Positions 18,850 through 29,460 of a stretch of DNA of 64,000 nt are shown one piece after another (position 1 is the first letter of the stretch; every line of letters starts with the position of its first letter). A program made the translations under genes and the position numbers. The notes under the pieces are model-generated. The model was not told the origin of the DNA and searched no databases. It was given only the letters and a program-made list of their open reading frames with translations. This DNA comes from Alphaproteobacteria bacterium. GTDB lineage: Bacteria; Pseudomonadota; Alphaproteobacteria; UBA828. The DNA is taken from contig CBDCQT010000003.1 in the NCBI GenBank assembly GCA_965220745.1, positions 174,653 through 238,652 of the forward strand, written 5' to 3'.

Positions 18850-18881
18850 AGCGGCCGATCCCCGATGCGGGATCGGCCGCT
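18850..18881. terminator. GC-rich hairpin after the DUF2493 gene
   Basis: AGCGGCCGATCCC...GGGATCGGCCGCT. Confidence 0.6.
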
Positions 18882-19720
18882 TCGTCGTGTTTCACGACGA
18901 GCGTCACGAGCGGTGTCCCTCGCCGCCCCGGCTTCGACCCCGCATCCGGCTCGGCGCTGCGCACCATCGCCGGACGCTCACCTCGCAGAAGACAGACGGA
19001 CCGCGGCTCACTCCGCTAAGGCCTGCCTGCGGTCGAACAGCGCGCCGCCATCGCCGGCCTTTGCACCGGCGCGCGCATGGACTGCGCGCGCTCCCGCCTG
19101 TGCCGGTGACGACGATCGCGGCGATGAAGATGGCGATGGTGCGCCGACGACTGCGGCCGCCGATATCGTTCTGCAAATCACCTTCGACCCATGGAGTGCA
19201 AGTCTCATGCGCGTGCTCGGCGTCGGCGTCGTCGCCGATGGCGACGAGCGCCTCGACGCCTCGCCCGACATTGGTGCCGTCGCGCCTGAACGGCCCGGCG
19301 TCACCACGCCCGGCACTCGTGACGATCATGGTGATCGGCCCACTGCGCCGGCCATGATGGCATGCCCCAATTCCGCCGCATTTCCGAACGCCGCCAGGCC
19401 AGCGAGAATATCCCCCTGCACGAGCTCGGCAGATCGATCCCCGATCAATGCATCCCGAGCCGTGCCGAGCGCTCCGGCATCGCCACACACGGACAACATA
19501 AGTCGCTATTTGTGTCTCTATGGAGCGCGCACCATAAGAAATTCCGCGTATGCTCTACGAAATACGCCCGAATTCCCGGATTCCTGGCCTCACCGTGCCT
19601 CCTGCGCCTCCTAAGTGGCTGGGCCTGATAGCCTTTCTGCGGACCCTTGGACCTGTCCTACGCCCTGAGGGCGCTTTCACCCTCACACCCGACGCACCCC
19701 AAGGTGCAGAGCTACTTGAG

Positions 19721-19780
19721 GGGTCAGGAGTGCGCAGGGCTACGCCAGAGCCCTCAGTGCTACGCAGGAGTTCGATGGGA
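19721..19780 (+). promoter_or_regulatory. Degenerate 10-bp repeat array in the probable oriT region
   Basis: GGGTCAGGAG-TGCGCAGGGC-TACGCCAGAG and TACGCAGGAG-TTCGATGGGA, upstream of the RHH gene. Confidence 0.45.
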
Positions 19781-20078
19781 ACATGTCCCTGTTTCGGGTG
19801 ACGGCGCAAGTGTCTGTAAGGATGCGTGTTTCTGTCGACGTGCCCGACCTGCGTCGCGTAGGATTCGTGCTACCGGCCCTGCGCATTACGATGTATTGCA
19901 TCGCGCATTCGCCCGAATTTTGCCTCGGCCGGCGTGTGATGAGAGGCGGCCAGGACCATAATGGCCCAGAAATCCCGGCGGGCGACGAGCTCGCACAGTC
20001 GACCCGATGCCGAAGGGGCTCGTGCCGCTCAGCCGGTCCGGCTGGGACATGATTCCGGACCAACGACGGAGGCTGTCG

Positions 20079-20420
20079 ATGACGACGCCACGCTTCCAGC
20101 GCTCGATCAGGTTCTCCCAATCCGAGTGGAACGCGATTTGCGAGGCGGCCGAACGGCGCAACATGAAGCCCGCCGAGTTCGTCCGCGAGGCCGCCGCCGG
20201 CGTCGCCGCGCGCGAGGTCGGCCTCGACGACGGCAAGCTGACGCCCGCGCTGGTCGAGATGATCGAGCGAACGTTTCGGGGCGTGCACCTGCTCGCCTAC
20301 CTCAAGCACGAGGAACTTGCCGCCCTGGGCAGACAGGAAGATTTTCGGCGCGCCACTGAGGCCGGCCAGATTGCGCAGGCGGAGACGCTCGGCCGGGGAG
20401 AAGCAGACGACGAGACGTGA
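20079..20420 (+). CDS. Ribbon-helix-helix relaxosome accessory protein (MobC/TrwA-like)
   Basis: QRSIRFSQSEWNAICEAAERRNMKPAEFVREAA; GGAGG RBS. Confidence 0.7.
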   Translation: MTTPRFQRSIRFSQSEWNAICEAAERRNMKPAEFVREAAAGVAAREVGLDDGKLTPALVEMIERTFRGVHLLAYLKHEELAALGRQEDFRRATEAGQIAQAETLGRGEADDET

Positions 20421-20658
20421 GTCCAGGCCTCCTCGTTACGGCTATCCCACCTGGTCTCGCCGTTCCCGGCCGGGTTTCGGATGTCCATGAAGCCTGCATA
20501 GTTCGGCGCGGGCGATGCTTCCGAGACGCCGAAGCCGGCAAGGTGAAGCGAGTTCCATGTTCAATCGAGGCCGATAACGGACGGCCGGAGTCAACTCCGC
20601 ACCTGAATTTGGAGCCGACGAAGCGACGGATCTGCGCGCCCCAAAGCGCCGCCGGGGG

Positions 20659-22065
20659 CTATTCCGGCGCCTCGATCCCGAGCTCGCGCCATATCCAGCT
20701 CGTATCGTAGGGCTTGTGGCGCTGCTGCATGGCGCGGCGATACTCGGTGTTTTCCAACTGCTTCAGCCAGTCGATCACTTTCTCTCGCCCCTTCCTTGTC
20801 CCGGCCGCCTGCCGCAGCGTCCTGCCGTCCACCGAGGGGTGCGGATCGTCGAGGATGCGACGGTAGTAGTCGTCGAGGCAGGAGTGGATCACCTGCACCG
20901 CTTCTTCGGGTGGAAACTCGGGTTCCACGTCCGATTGCCCCGCCTGTTCGTCCAGCGCCCTCTCCGGATCCTCATGCGAGATCAGCGCTGGTCCGACAAG
21001 ATCGCCCAGGCAGGACGCCAGGAGGTCCCGTCCCCTCTCGGCTCGCTCGCGAGAGTTGACGAACAGCGTCACTGCCCCCGCATTCATCTCCGCGTGGCCG
21101 AGCGACGTGTTGCCGATGACGCTCTCCGATTCAGGAGCGTCGCCCCCTCTGCGGCGGATTGCCATCCGGTGCAGGGGCGAGCCGGGAACGGACCATGTCC
21201 AGCTCGGCCCGTCCTCCTCGTCCCTCTCGAAGCACTCGATCCCGTCGAGCATCGTGGCAACTTCCGCCTCGTCGCCCACGACGGGGAAGCGCACCCTGCA
21301 GAACACGATCGGCTCGTCGTCGGTGTTGTGCAGCGCAGGCAACGGAGCCTGGGCCTGCAGGAGGGCGTCGAGCAGCCAGACATGCGTGAACATCCGGGCG
21401 CCGGCTCCGCCGCCGAGGATGATCTCGCGCACCATGGACCGGATATCCGCCGCCTCTTCGATCTCCTTGCGGGCCTCCTCGGGAATGTCCTCCTCCATCT
21501 CCGTCGCCGTCTCGTCGAACATCGACAGGAACAGAAGCGACAGCTCGTGGCGAAAGCGCAGAACGGCGCCGGTGAAGTACATCTTGCCGTTCACCTCAAC
21601 GACGCGCGCGGCCAAGCGGTCCCACGGTGCCGCCGACTTCGAGCCCAGCTTCTCGTGCACGGTGACCGCATCGCCGCCCCGGATGAGGTCATGGACCGTC
21701 ATGCTGCGCCCCGGATCGATGCCGACGACCTCGTAGAGAGACACCGTGGAATCCCTGAGCGACTCCAGGTAGCGCCTGCCCGGCGCGGTCTCCCGCCAGC
21801 CGCGCCGCTTCAGATAGTCGTCGACGACGTTCACTTCGTCGTCCTCGCCGAAGCGGGCGGTGAAGAAGTCCTCCACGATGAAGACACCCAGCATCTCGGC
21901 GGCGTCGCCGAGAAGCTCTTCGAACTCGTCCTCGGATACATCGAGGATGTCGGCAACGGGTGCGACGTGAGCATCGTAGATGTCGAGTTGCCACTCCACC
22001 CACTCGTCCCTCACCGACCACCTGATGAGGTTCTCGGTCGCCTTGTCGAAACGGGAAGCACTCAT
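20659..22065 (-). CDS. Conserved hypothetical protein, possible C-terminal MbcA/ParS/Xre-like domain
   Basis: Intact in both copies; YYRRILDDPHPSVDGRTLRQAA...VIDWLKQLEN. Confidence 0.7.
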   Translation of the reverse strand: MSASRFDKATENLIRWSVRDEWVEWQLDIYDAHVAPVADILDVSEDEFEELLGDAAEMLGVFIVEDFFTARFGEDDEVNVVDDYLKRRGWRETAPGRRYLESLRDSTVSLYEVVGIDPGRSMTVHDLIRGGDAVTVHEKLGSKSAAPWDRLAARVVEVNGKMYFTGAVLRFRHELSLLFLSMFDETATEMEEDIPEEARKEIEEAADIRSMVREIILGGGAGARMFTHVWLLDALLQAQAPLPALHNTDDEPIVFCRVRFPVVGDEAEVATMLDGIECFERDEEDGPSWTWSVPGSPLHRMAIRRRGGDAPESESVIGNTSLGHAEMNAGAVTLFVNSRERAERGRDLLASCLGDLVGPALISHEDPERALDEQAGQSDVEPEFPPEEAVQVIHSCLDDYYRRILDDPHPSVDGRTLRQAAGTRKGREKVIDWLKQLENTEYRRAMQQRHKPYDTSWIWRELGIEAPE

Positions 22066-22232
22066 GGCCACTCGTGGCGGGTGGGTCTGACGGTTTCGTC
22101 GGCGCGGCACCGCCTACGGTAGTTGGGATCGCCGGAGGCTACAACGCGGGCTTCGACACGCGGGTCATGACGAGCTTTGCCTCGGCGGTGCGGTTGCAAG
22201 GCACCATGCACATAGCAGGCGGCTGGATGATC

Positions 22233-25200
22233 CTACAGTTCGAGTTCCAGCTCGTATTCGATCTGCTTGGGCGCGCGCTCCTTCACCCGTTCCGGCGCCT
22301 TCGCGGGCTCCGGTGCCCTCGCCGGTTGAGGCGCCGGTACGGGGCGCGGTGCCTGGGCGGGTGGCTGCTCCCTCTCCGGTTCCGGCGTTCTTGCGGGCGT
22401 CGGCTGCCGTGTCCTCTCCGGTTTGCGGGCCGGCGCTTCGGGCTCGATATCGGGCTCCCTGCTTCTCGCCGGCGCAGGCGTCCGCATTCCTGCAGGATCG
22501 CGGACCGGCGCATCCCGCTCGATCCGCGTTTCCCTGCTCCTGGCGTCTTCGCGTGCCTGCGCCTGCCTGGCCCGCTCCGCACTCTTCGCTCTTTCCGCCG
22601 CCGCAGCGGCGACGACGCCTTCCAGCGCCGAGACGCGCTCCCCGGTCGCCGTCTCCAGGCGGTCGCACAAGGCCTTCGCGTCGTCCGTGACCAGCTCCGC
22701 CCGGTGCCGCGCGCGGCTGATCTCGACGTAGAAGCTCTTCTGCGTGGTCAGGTGGGGGTGATTGGCCTCCATCACCGCGATCACGTTGTCGACCGTGCGT
22801 CCCTGGAACGCGTGCACCGTGGACGCCCAGGCGTGGTCCACGTGCCGCAGCTGCGCATGGTCGCGGCGGAGGTCCAACCTGCGGCCGTCCTCCAGCAGGA
22901 ACGATACCCGGTCTTCCCGCACCGCCGTCACTTCCGCCGCATGGCTGTTCATCAACCCGAGCCTGGCGTCGTTGCGGGTCCAGCGGATGCGGTCGCCGGC
23001 ACGAAGCTCCATCGGCTCGACGCGGTACACCTCGACGGCGCCGCGCAGGGCGCCCACCTGGCGCGGGCGCCAGGGTATCGCCTCGCCCTTGCGGCCCTCC
23101 AGCGTGACCACGCCGGGTGCACCGGCCCCGAGCACGCGGCGTTCGTCGCCCTTCTCCACGCCGAGGCTCCTGTAGGCACGGTGGAAGGACACGACATCCC
23201 CCGGCGCATAGTTCGCCGCCTGCATCTTCTCGGCAGTGGTATACCCGCGCGAGACCAGCCGCTCGCCCTCAAGCCCCGGTCCATGAATGACGCCCTCGCG
23301 GGCGAGGCGCTCGCGGATGTGGCCGTTGACGCTCTCGCGCATCGCATGGCTCGGCGCCATCAAGCCGGTGTTCTCACGCTCTTCGGCAGAGAGCCTCAGC
23401 CAGCGGGCCGCCGCAGCGCCGGCGAGATTGTCCGCCTTCACCTCCGCCACGCTCTCGCCCAGCTTGCCGAAGGCCGCACGCACGTCGCCCGCGAGGCTCG
23501 CGCGCACCGCCTCCTTCAGCGCGGGGTCCTTCTGCCGAAGTATCTCGTCCATCACCACCGTCTTCATGCCCGCCCGCTGCAACTGTGCGAAGGGCTTGCC
23601 CGCATCCACGGCATCCAGCTGCTTCTCGTCTCCCACCAGGACGACCCGAGATATCCTGAGCCTGTCGGCGATCCGCAGCAGATCGCGCGCCTGCACGGTG
23701 GAGGCCAACGAGCCCTCGTCCACCACCAGCACCGTCTTGCGGAAGGAAGCGCGCATCCTGCGCTCGGCGCCGGGCGTGAGCCGCCCCTCCGCCACGCCCG
23801 CGTTGCGGGCGAGGAAGCGCTGCAGCGTCTCGCTGCGGATGCCGGCCTCGGTGCCGAGGGTGGCGGCCGCCGATGCCGAGGGTGCCAGGCCGACCATGCG
23901 CCAGCCGCTCTTGCCCGCGAGAGAGCGCGCCCTGTCCAGCATCGCTGTCTTGCCCGTGCCGGCATAGCCCTGCACGCCGACGACCCGGTCCTTCGACGAG
24001 AGGATCGTGGTCACCGCCTCCTTCTGGCCCTGGGTCAGGCGGCCGTTGTGGAGCAGAGGCGCCGCGATCCACTTGCGCATCACCGGCTTCGAGCGGCCCT
24101 GGCCGCGCTCCATGAGCGCGATGGTCTCGGTCTCGTCGATGAGAGCCTTGTCCGTGGTGAGCGCGTCGCCCAGCACTGGCGTCCTCGCCGCATGGAGGGT
24201 GCCCGTCTTCTCCATCTGCCCCACGGCGGCCTCGGCCTCTTCGATATTCACCTTGCCGGGGTTCCAGGCGAGGGTGGCGGTGAGCAGGTCGGTGCGGGCG
24301 AACACGGCCTCTCGTTCGGAGAGGTGCGCCACCGCCCAGGCGGCGGCGCGCTCGGCCTCCGCCGTGACGCCGGGCTCTGCCTCGCGGTCGTGGCCGGCAG
24401 AAGGCAGGGAGCGCTCCGGATACGCCGCCTGCCAGTGCCGGGCCTCGGCAACCATGCCGTGTGCGTCGAAGCCCAATTCCGAGGCCTGTCTCTGCCAGGT
24501 CTCGCGCAATGCCTCCTTGTCGACGTCGCGCTTGTGCGAGCGCGTGACCAGCGCCGCGCGTTCCGCCACGCGCTGGTTCGCCGCCGGATCGCCGAGACCC
24601 CGTGAAGCCATCGCCGCCTCGATCTCGGCGCGTCGTGTCGAATAGGCATCGATCACTGTGCGAGAAACACCTGCGATCTCGAACCGCCCGTCGGCGTGCG
24701 TTTTCTCGACGGCATACCCCAGCTCCTCCAGGCCCCGCGCCAGCTCGGCCCGGTAGAGAGCGCCGATCAGCATCTTCGACGCATACAGCTTCTCGTTCGC
24801 CATGGTGCGCCACTTGCGATCCTCCCCTTGCACCATGTTGGCGATCACCGCGTGCGTGTGCAGCTGCGGGTCCAGGTTGCGGGACGTGTCGTGTCTGAAG
24901 GTGGCCGCGACGATCGACTGACCGCCGGTGCGCACCATGCGGCCGAGCTCGGGGTCCATCATCCTGGTCTCGGCCGCGTTGGCCTCGATCCAGGCCAGCG
25001 CCCTGCGCACGGCGGCATCGTGGACGCCCACGATGCGCTCGTCGCCACCGATCAGCGCGGCCAGCGAGACGGACTTGGATGCAGAAAAGGTGAGGTCGCG
25101 GCCGGGGCGGTGCTCGATCTCGCCCTCCCTGTTCCTGCGGCCGAGCCGGAGGCCGGAGCCGTCGGGGACCTCGCCCGCGAGGATGTCGGTGAAGAGGTCG

Positions 25201-25358
25201 GGATCGACGGTGCCCTCCAGGCCCAGGGCCTCTGCACCCTTGCCGAACCAGGCGCTGGCCTCCCGGTGGGCGGCGTCATCCTTCGCGTAGTAGCCATCTC
25301 TTTCATAATAGGAGACGCCCTGCGCGGCAGACGCCACGGCGCCGATGGAGACCACCAT
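22233..25358 (-). CDS. mobF: MobF (TrwC-like) relaxase-helicase
   Basis: SYYERDGYY, DLTFSASKSVS, HDTSRNLDPQLHTH, GYAGTGKT, VDEGS, HAWASTVHAFQG. Confidence 0.96.
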   Translation of the reverse strand: MVVSIGAVASAAQGVSYYERDGYYAKDDAAHREASAWFGKGAEALGLEGTVDPDLFTDILAGEVPDGSGLRLGRRNREGEIEHRPGRDLTFSASKSVSLAALIGGDERIVGVHDAAVRRALAWIEANAAETRMMDPELGRMVRTGGQSIVAATFRHDTSRNLDPQLHTHAVIANMVQGEDRKWRTMANEKLYASKMLIGALYRAELARGLEELGYAVEKTHADGRFEIAGVSRTVIDAYSTRRAEIEAAMASRGLGDPAANQRVAERAALVTRSHKRDVDKEALRETWQRQASELGFDAHGMVAEARHWQAAYPERSLPSAGHDREAEPGVTAEAERAAAWAVAHLSEREAVFARTDLLTATLAWNPGKVNIEEAEAAVGQMEKTGTLHAARTPVLGDALTTDKALIDETETIALMERGQGRSKPVMRKWIAAPLLHNGRLTQGQKEAVTTILSSKDRVVGVQGYAGTGKTAMLDRARSLAGKSGWRMVGLAPSASAAATLGTEAGIRSETLQRFLARNAGVAEGRLTPGAERRMRASFRKTVLVVDEGSLASTVQARDLLRIADRLRISRVVLVGDEKQLDAVDAGKPFAQLQRAGMKTVVMDEILRQKDPALKEAVRASLAGDVRAAFGKLGESVAEVKADNLAGAAAARWLRLSAEERENTGLMAPSHAMRESVNGHIRERLAREGVIHGPGLEGERLVSRGYTTAEKMQAANYAPGDVVSFHRAYRSLGVEKGDERRVLGAGAPGVVTLEGRKGEAIPWRPRQVGALRGAVEVYRVEPMELRAGDRIRWTRNDARLGLMNSHAAEVTAVREDRVSFLLEDGRRLDLRRDHAQLRHVDHAWASTVHAFQGRTVDNVIAVMEANHPHLTTQKSFYVEISRARHRAELVTDDAKALCDRLETATGERVSALEGVVAAAAAERAKSAERARQAQAREDARSRETRIERDAPVRDPAGMRTPAPARSREPDIEPEAPARKPERTRQPTPARTPEPEREQPPAQAPRPVPAPQPARAPEPAKAPERVKERAPKQIEYELELEL

Positions 25359-26533
25359 CAGTAGAAGTCCTGACTGGCGCGGCGGCGCCGTCTCCCGCGG
25401 CCGCGCCGACTGGCGGCGGATAGCGGCCGGTCGTTCGATCCCGGCATTCTGTCAGCGGAGGCGCCGCCCTCGCCCTGGGGCTCTGGCGACGGGCCGCCTT
25501 CAGAGCCTTCGTCGCGAGCGGCGTCACGACGCTCTTGCGAGGGGCCGGGCTTTGGCGAGGCGCCGCCACCGGCTTCGGATTTGCGGACATCGCGGGAAAC
25601 TTGCCGCTGACGGTGCGGCATGCGGCTCGTCGGTTCGGAACGCCTCGGGTTGGCAGAATCGTCGAGCAGGGCGGGCGGTGATGCCGTCGGTGCCGACGGG
25701 GAGATCGCCGGCAGGCGCGTGCCTGATGGATCGTCTTGCGCCTTGTTGCCGAGGCGATGGTCGAATCGAAGACGGGCTTGGCCACGAGGCGCCTCCGCAG
25801 CATCCGCCCGGTGCTGCCTCCCCAACCGCACGGCTTCGAACAGCCTGACCGTCAGCTTGCCGAATGCTGCGGGAACCGCGGCACTTCCTCGCCGCCGCGC
25901 AGGGCCGTAGGCCGCGGCCTCCGCCGCATAATGTTTGCCAACCGTCGAATTTGCGTCCTCACGCTCCACGCTGCCGCTGTGCGCGTATCCCTTCGCAGTC
26001 TTCCGGACGAACCGCACGGACACCGGGAGGAAGCACAGAATTGAATTGACCCGGCGGACGATCCGGCGTCGGAGCGAGAGGGCCACACGCCTCTCTCCGG
26101 CGCCCCGGCGGCGCCTGGAGTTTCGCCAGTGAACGATGCGCAAGACGACGACGGTTCCGATCAGGAGGCCGGCACCGATGCCGCCGCCCCACAGCGCAGC
26201 ACCGAGAGCATCGCCCAACATGCGGTCGCGCAGGTCGAGGATATAGCCATGCCTCGTGATGGCGTCGATGGTCCAGACCAGCACTTCCCCGTCCAGGTCG
26301 CGGATCTTCTTGGTCTTGCCTGACGTGAACGGAAGGAACAGCAGGAATTCGCCGAGCACGTAGACGCCGAAGACGTGCCAGTCGTGCGCCGTGTATCTCG
26401 CGACGGTGGTCCAGACCGCCGCTCCCAGCCCGAACACGGCGGCGACAAAGACGAGGAACCAGGCGAACGCGTACCAGTCGCGCCAGTCCCGCCAGACGAT
26501 ATACAGATCGATCGCTTGGACCAGCCTCTTCAT
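25358..26533 (-). CDS. TraD-like coupling-protein N-terminal membrane portion lacking the ATPase domain
   Basis: TM helices, stop overlaps relaxase ATG (TGATG), no Walker motifs, low-complexity tail. Confidence 0.5.
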   Translation of the reverse strand: MKRLVQAIDLYIVWRDWRDWYAFAWFLVFVAAVFGLGAAVWTTVARYTAHDWHVFGVYVLGEFLLFLPFTSGKTKKIRDLDGEVLVWTIDAITRHGYILDLRDRMLGDALGAALWGGGIGAGLLIGTVVVLRIVHWRNSRRRRGAGERRVALSLRRRIVRRVNSILCFLPVSVRFVRKTAKGYAHSGSVEREDANSTVGKHYAAEAAAYGPARRRGSAAVPAAFGKLTVRLFEAVRLGRQHRADAAEAPRGQARLRFDHRLGNKAQDDPSGTRLPAISPSAPTASPPALLDDSANPRRSEPTSRMPHRQRQVSRDVRKSEAGGGASPKPGPSQERRDAARDEGSEGGPSPEPQGEGGASADRMPGSNDRPLSAASRRGRGRRRRRASQDFY

Positions 26534-27065
26534 GGTGACGCCTCCGCTGTTGAAGCCTCCGCTGTTGAAGCCTCCGCTTCTGCGGGGAGCGGCCCCGCCC
26601 CAGCCGTCACGGAGGGGACCGGCCAGTCCCCCGAACAGGGCGCTCCGGCCCCCGGCGACGGTCACCGAGGCCCGAACCGTGTCGCGCGGCGGCGGAAGAG
26701 ACGCGTTCGTGCCGTCCACGCCAAAACCGCGGCCTGCCAGGCGGTCGCACCGTTCTGCGGCATCGGCGGTGCGAGCGACGAAGCGCAGAGGCTCTATGGG
26801 GAGAACTCTCCCCATAGAGCACTCGCCGGATCGATGTCCGCCGCTGCCGGCACCTGCCCAGCTTCCGGACCTGCCTCCGTGTCCTCCGCGTTCAAGGCGA
26901 GACCGCAAGCACACTCAACCGCCTTTCACCTCGCTCTACGGACGAACAGTCGTCCAGGCTCGGGCGCCTCCGCCGTGCAGGTGCCCAGGCAGGAATGCCG
27001 GAAAGCAGACAGCGGGTCCGATTGCCGAGGCGACGGAACGACCAGAAGCAGACCGGCGCCGACGG

Positions 27066-27332
27066 TCATGGCCCCGAATTCCCGGTGCCGTCATCGTCGT
27101 CGTCCCCGTCTTCCGGGACCGCGTCCGTGAGGCCGTCGTCGGAGGTCGAATGCCGGCGCCGCGCCACTGCCCACTTCAGGACTTCGGACAGCAGATAGCG
27201 CACGAGTACGCTGCCGACGACATAGAAAGGCGGGCCCCCACCGCGTGATCGGTAGCTCTCCAGCGTGCGGTGGCTCAGGCCCACATACGCCGCCACTTCC
27301 CGCGTGGTCATGAGGCGAGTGTTCTCGTCCAT
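27066..27332 (-). CDS. AlpA/excisionase-type winged HTH protein (candidate RDF)
   Basis: LMTTREVAAYVGLSHRTLESYRSRGGGPPF...VRYLLSEVLKW. Confidence 0.88.
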   Translation of the reverse strand: MDENTRLMTTREVAAYVGLSHRTLESYRSRGGGPPFYVVGSVLVRYLLSEVLKWAVARRRHSTSDDGLTDAVPEDGDDDDDGTGNSGP

Positions 27333-27729
27333 CTTCTCTCTCCCTTGTGTCGTGCCCCATCGACCGGAAACCCCGCTCCGGCCTGAGCACGAAGCCGGGA
27401 CCGCTCATTGCCCTCTCGCCGAACCTTTGCGGCTCGATGCCGGTCTCCTCGAGGAAGGCCTCCTGCAGGAAGCCGGGGCCGATGGGCTCCAGGCTTTTGG
27501 GGGCCGGCACCGTGTCGGCAGTGCCGAGGCGCACGTCCGAGCCCCGGCCGAGGCGGCCAGGTAAGGGCGCGTCGCCGGGCACGGCGCTGCCGAGGGCGCA
27601 ATGCGAGAGATGCTCGCGAGCGATGTACGCCTCGACGCTGTGCACCTCGGTGCTGTGCGCCTCGGTGCTGTCGATCAGCGCCCGACGGCTGCCTGGGGCA
27701 ATACGGTCGATGTGGAGTGATGTGCTCAT
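27091..27729 (-). CDS. Degenerate tandem Cro/Xre-like HTH protein overlapping the excisionase-like gene
   Basis: Two repeats: VEAYIARE...RLGRGSDVRLGTADTV and AFLEETGIEPQRFGERAMSGPGFVLR; frame kept in both copies. Confidence 0.4.
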   Translation of the reverse strand: MSTSLHIDRIAPGSRRALIDSTEAHSTEVHSVEAYIAREHLSHCALGSAVPGDAPLPGRLGRGSDVRLGTADTVPAPKSLEPIGPGFLQEAFLEETGIEPQRFGERAMSGPGFVLRPERGFRSMGHDTREREDGREHSPHDHAGSGGVCGPEPPHAGELPITRWGPAFLCRRQRTRALSAVRSPEVGSGAAPAFDLRRRPHGRGPGRRGRRR

Positions 27730-27829
27730 GGGAGAACATATAGAGATCAAACTCCTGCCGGCAACTGTAGGAAATCCTCCAAAAAACTGTAGGGAAAAGG
27801 CTATTTGCTATAGCAATTGGCTAAACGCG

Positions 27830-27880
27830 ACGACATAAGACGACATGAGACGACAGGAGTACGCTGGAGTACGATCCAGT
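27830..27880 (+). promoter_or_regulatory. Five 10-bp direct repeats upstream of the HTH operon
   Basis: ACGACATAAG-ACGACATGAG-ACGACAGGAG-TACGCTGGAG-TACGATCCAG. Confidence 0.75.
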
Positions 27881-27949
27881 ATGGAGATCAAATGTTCGTG
27901 ATGCCGGCACGGTCCTTCCGGGCGCGAGAATTCGCCGCCATCCGCCGCA

Positions 27950-28330
27950 GCCGCTACAGGGTTGGCGGTCAGGGGGAATTCGGAAGGCGCAGGGTGCCTG
28001 CCGCCGGTTCCATCGTGATGCCCGCGGAACTCATTGATGGTGAGACCGAAGAGTTGCGCCGCGTAGCACGATGCCGGCGGGGGCAGACTGTCCATCGCGA
28101 CCATGTCGCCGGCCTCAGGCGCGGACGACACCGGCACCTGCCCGACGTGCGTGAAGAGGACGGTGCCGTGCATGGCGTTGAAGAGCCCCGTGGGTCATTC
28201 CGCTCAGCCTGAGCGCGCCGACAATGATCATGTTCTCCAATGCCCGTGGAGCATCGGCACCCGATGTTGTTTCGGTGGGAGAGGTCGAAACCGGGAACGC
28301 CGGAGGCGCGAACTGCTGTGCCGGCAACCC
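27950..28330 (-). pseudogene. Decayed IS630 transposase fragment
   Basis: Matches 35630-35810 (GTCGGCGC..AGGCTGAGCGGAATGACC..GCCATGCACGG) with indels; limits approximate. Confidence 0.7.
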
Positions 28331-28331
28331 G

Positions 28332-28960
28332 TCAGCCGCCCATTGCCGGTATCTCGGTCTGGCTCAGCGCCTCAGGCGCGCCGTCTGTCAGTTCGAACAC
28401 GAAGACCTCCTTGGGCTGGCCGTGGTGGCGCCAGCGCGCCGGCCCACCGGGCTCACGGGCAAAGCCGCGCGTCAGCCCCAGCGAGCGCCAGTTGGCGGCG
28501 CGGTAGCAGGTGCCGGCGAAGCGCGAGATGTCCACAAACGTCTCCGCCAGAAGTGCCGGGTATCCGTGCGCCGCATGCATGTCCTGCGACAGCCACCGCA
28601 GGCTCAGCCGCAGCACTCGCGAGGCCAGGTTGGGCACCCGCTCAGGCGTCAGGATGACGAAGCGTGAGTTGTTGGCGATCAGATGCAGGCGCTGGAACTG
28701 CTGCTCCGCCGACCACCCGATCCAGCGATCCCGCGCGCCCAGCTTGAACGCGCCGGGCTGCCAGCCGATCAGTGCGAGCCAGGTCTCGCCATGAACCGCG
28801 ACATAGCGCAGTCCCTTGCTGATGACGCCGTGGAACCGCAGATAGTGGTGCTCCTCCACCAACGGTTCCCAGCGCCGGTGCTCCTGTGCGCCCCAGATCG
28901 GGCGCACTGTGACCGCGCGCAGATCAACGGACGAAGATCCGGGATCGGCAGCGTCGCCAT
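28332..28960 (-). pseudogene. DUF4338 (DruA-like) domain, probably a truncated transposase-associated gene
   Basis: HHYL, GLRYVA, RDRWIGW, NNSRFVIL, LAETFVD..RFAGTCYRAANW; ends at the duplication boundary. Confidence 0.75.
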
Positions 28961-29129
28961 GAACGGCACACTGCCACATCGAGAACGGAATGGCCGACCC
29001 CAACTTCAGCTCAACCCGCTCAACGAACGGACAATATATTCGTCCTGAGTGCTGTCGGAGAGTGCTTGACGCCACCGCGTCAACCTGACACATTCATTCT
29101 CATAAATAGCGGGATGACAAGGACAATCC

Positions 29130-29441
29130 GTGAAAGGCGTATGCCTGATCGTCGTACTCGCGACGTTAGCAACGACCAATGCTGCCGCGCATCCGCAATC
29201 GAAGACGCAGCATCAAACATGGTACTGTGGCAAAGATTTTGTGACCTTCTCGGTTACGAGAGGCAAGTATTCCGAAACAAAGACAATTCGGAAGTCAGAT
29301 GTCACTGGTCTCGATCATGCAGGAAATTCAGCCAGAATCTGGATTCGTCGCTCTGTGAGGGACCACGAGAGTATCATTGAGCAATTCCAGCTTGCGTCAG
29401 GCGCCTCCGAATACGAGTCCCTTGTGCGATGCCTGAATTGA
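29130..29441 (+). CDS. Hypothetical exported protein (low GC)
   Basis: Signal peptide ending NAAA. Confidence 0.55.
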   Translation: MKGVCLIVVLATLATTNAAAHPQSKTQHQTWYCGKDFVTFSVTRGKYSETKTIRKSDVTGLDHAGNSARIWIRRSVRDHESIIEQFQLASGASEYESLVRCLN

Positions 29442-29460
29442 CCAAAGAGGAGTGGAGCAC

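Larger units (their letters stand above)
20193..28348 (-). repeat. Mobilization module, copy 1 (inverted homologue of 55082-63116)
   Basis: Same gene order and high but imperfect similarity to the second copy. Confidence 0.92.

Noticed and set aside
22074-24605. 843-aa plus-strand ORF (and similar long ORFs opposite Rpn, porins and the helicase)
   Set aside because: Antisense shadow of the relaxase; low-complexity Arg/Ala/Gly composition.
27830-27880. CRISPR array or replication iterons
   Set aside because: 10-bp units without spacers, no cas genes and no rep gene nearby.
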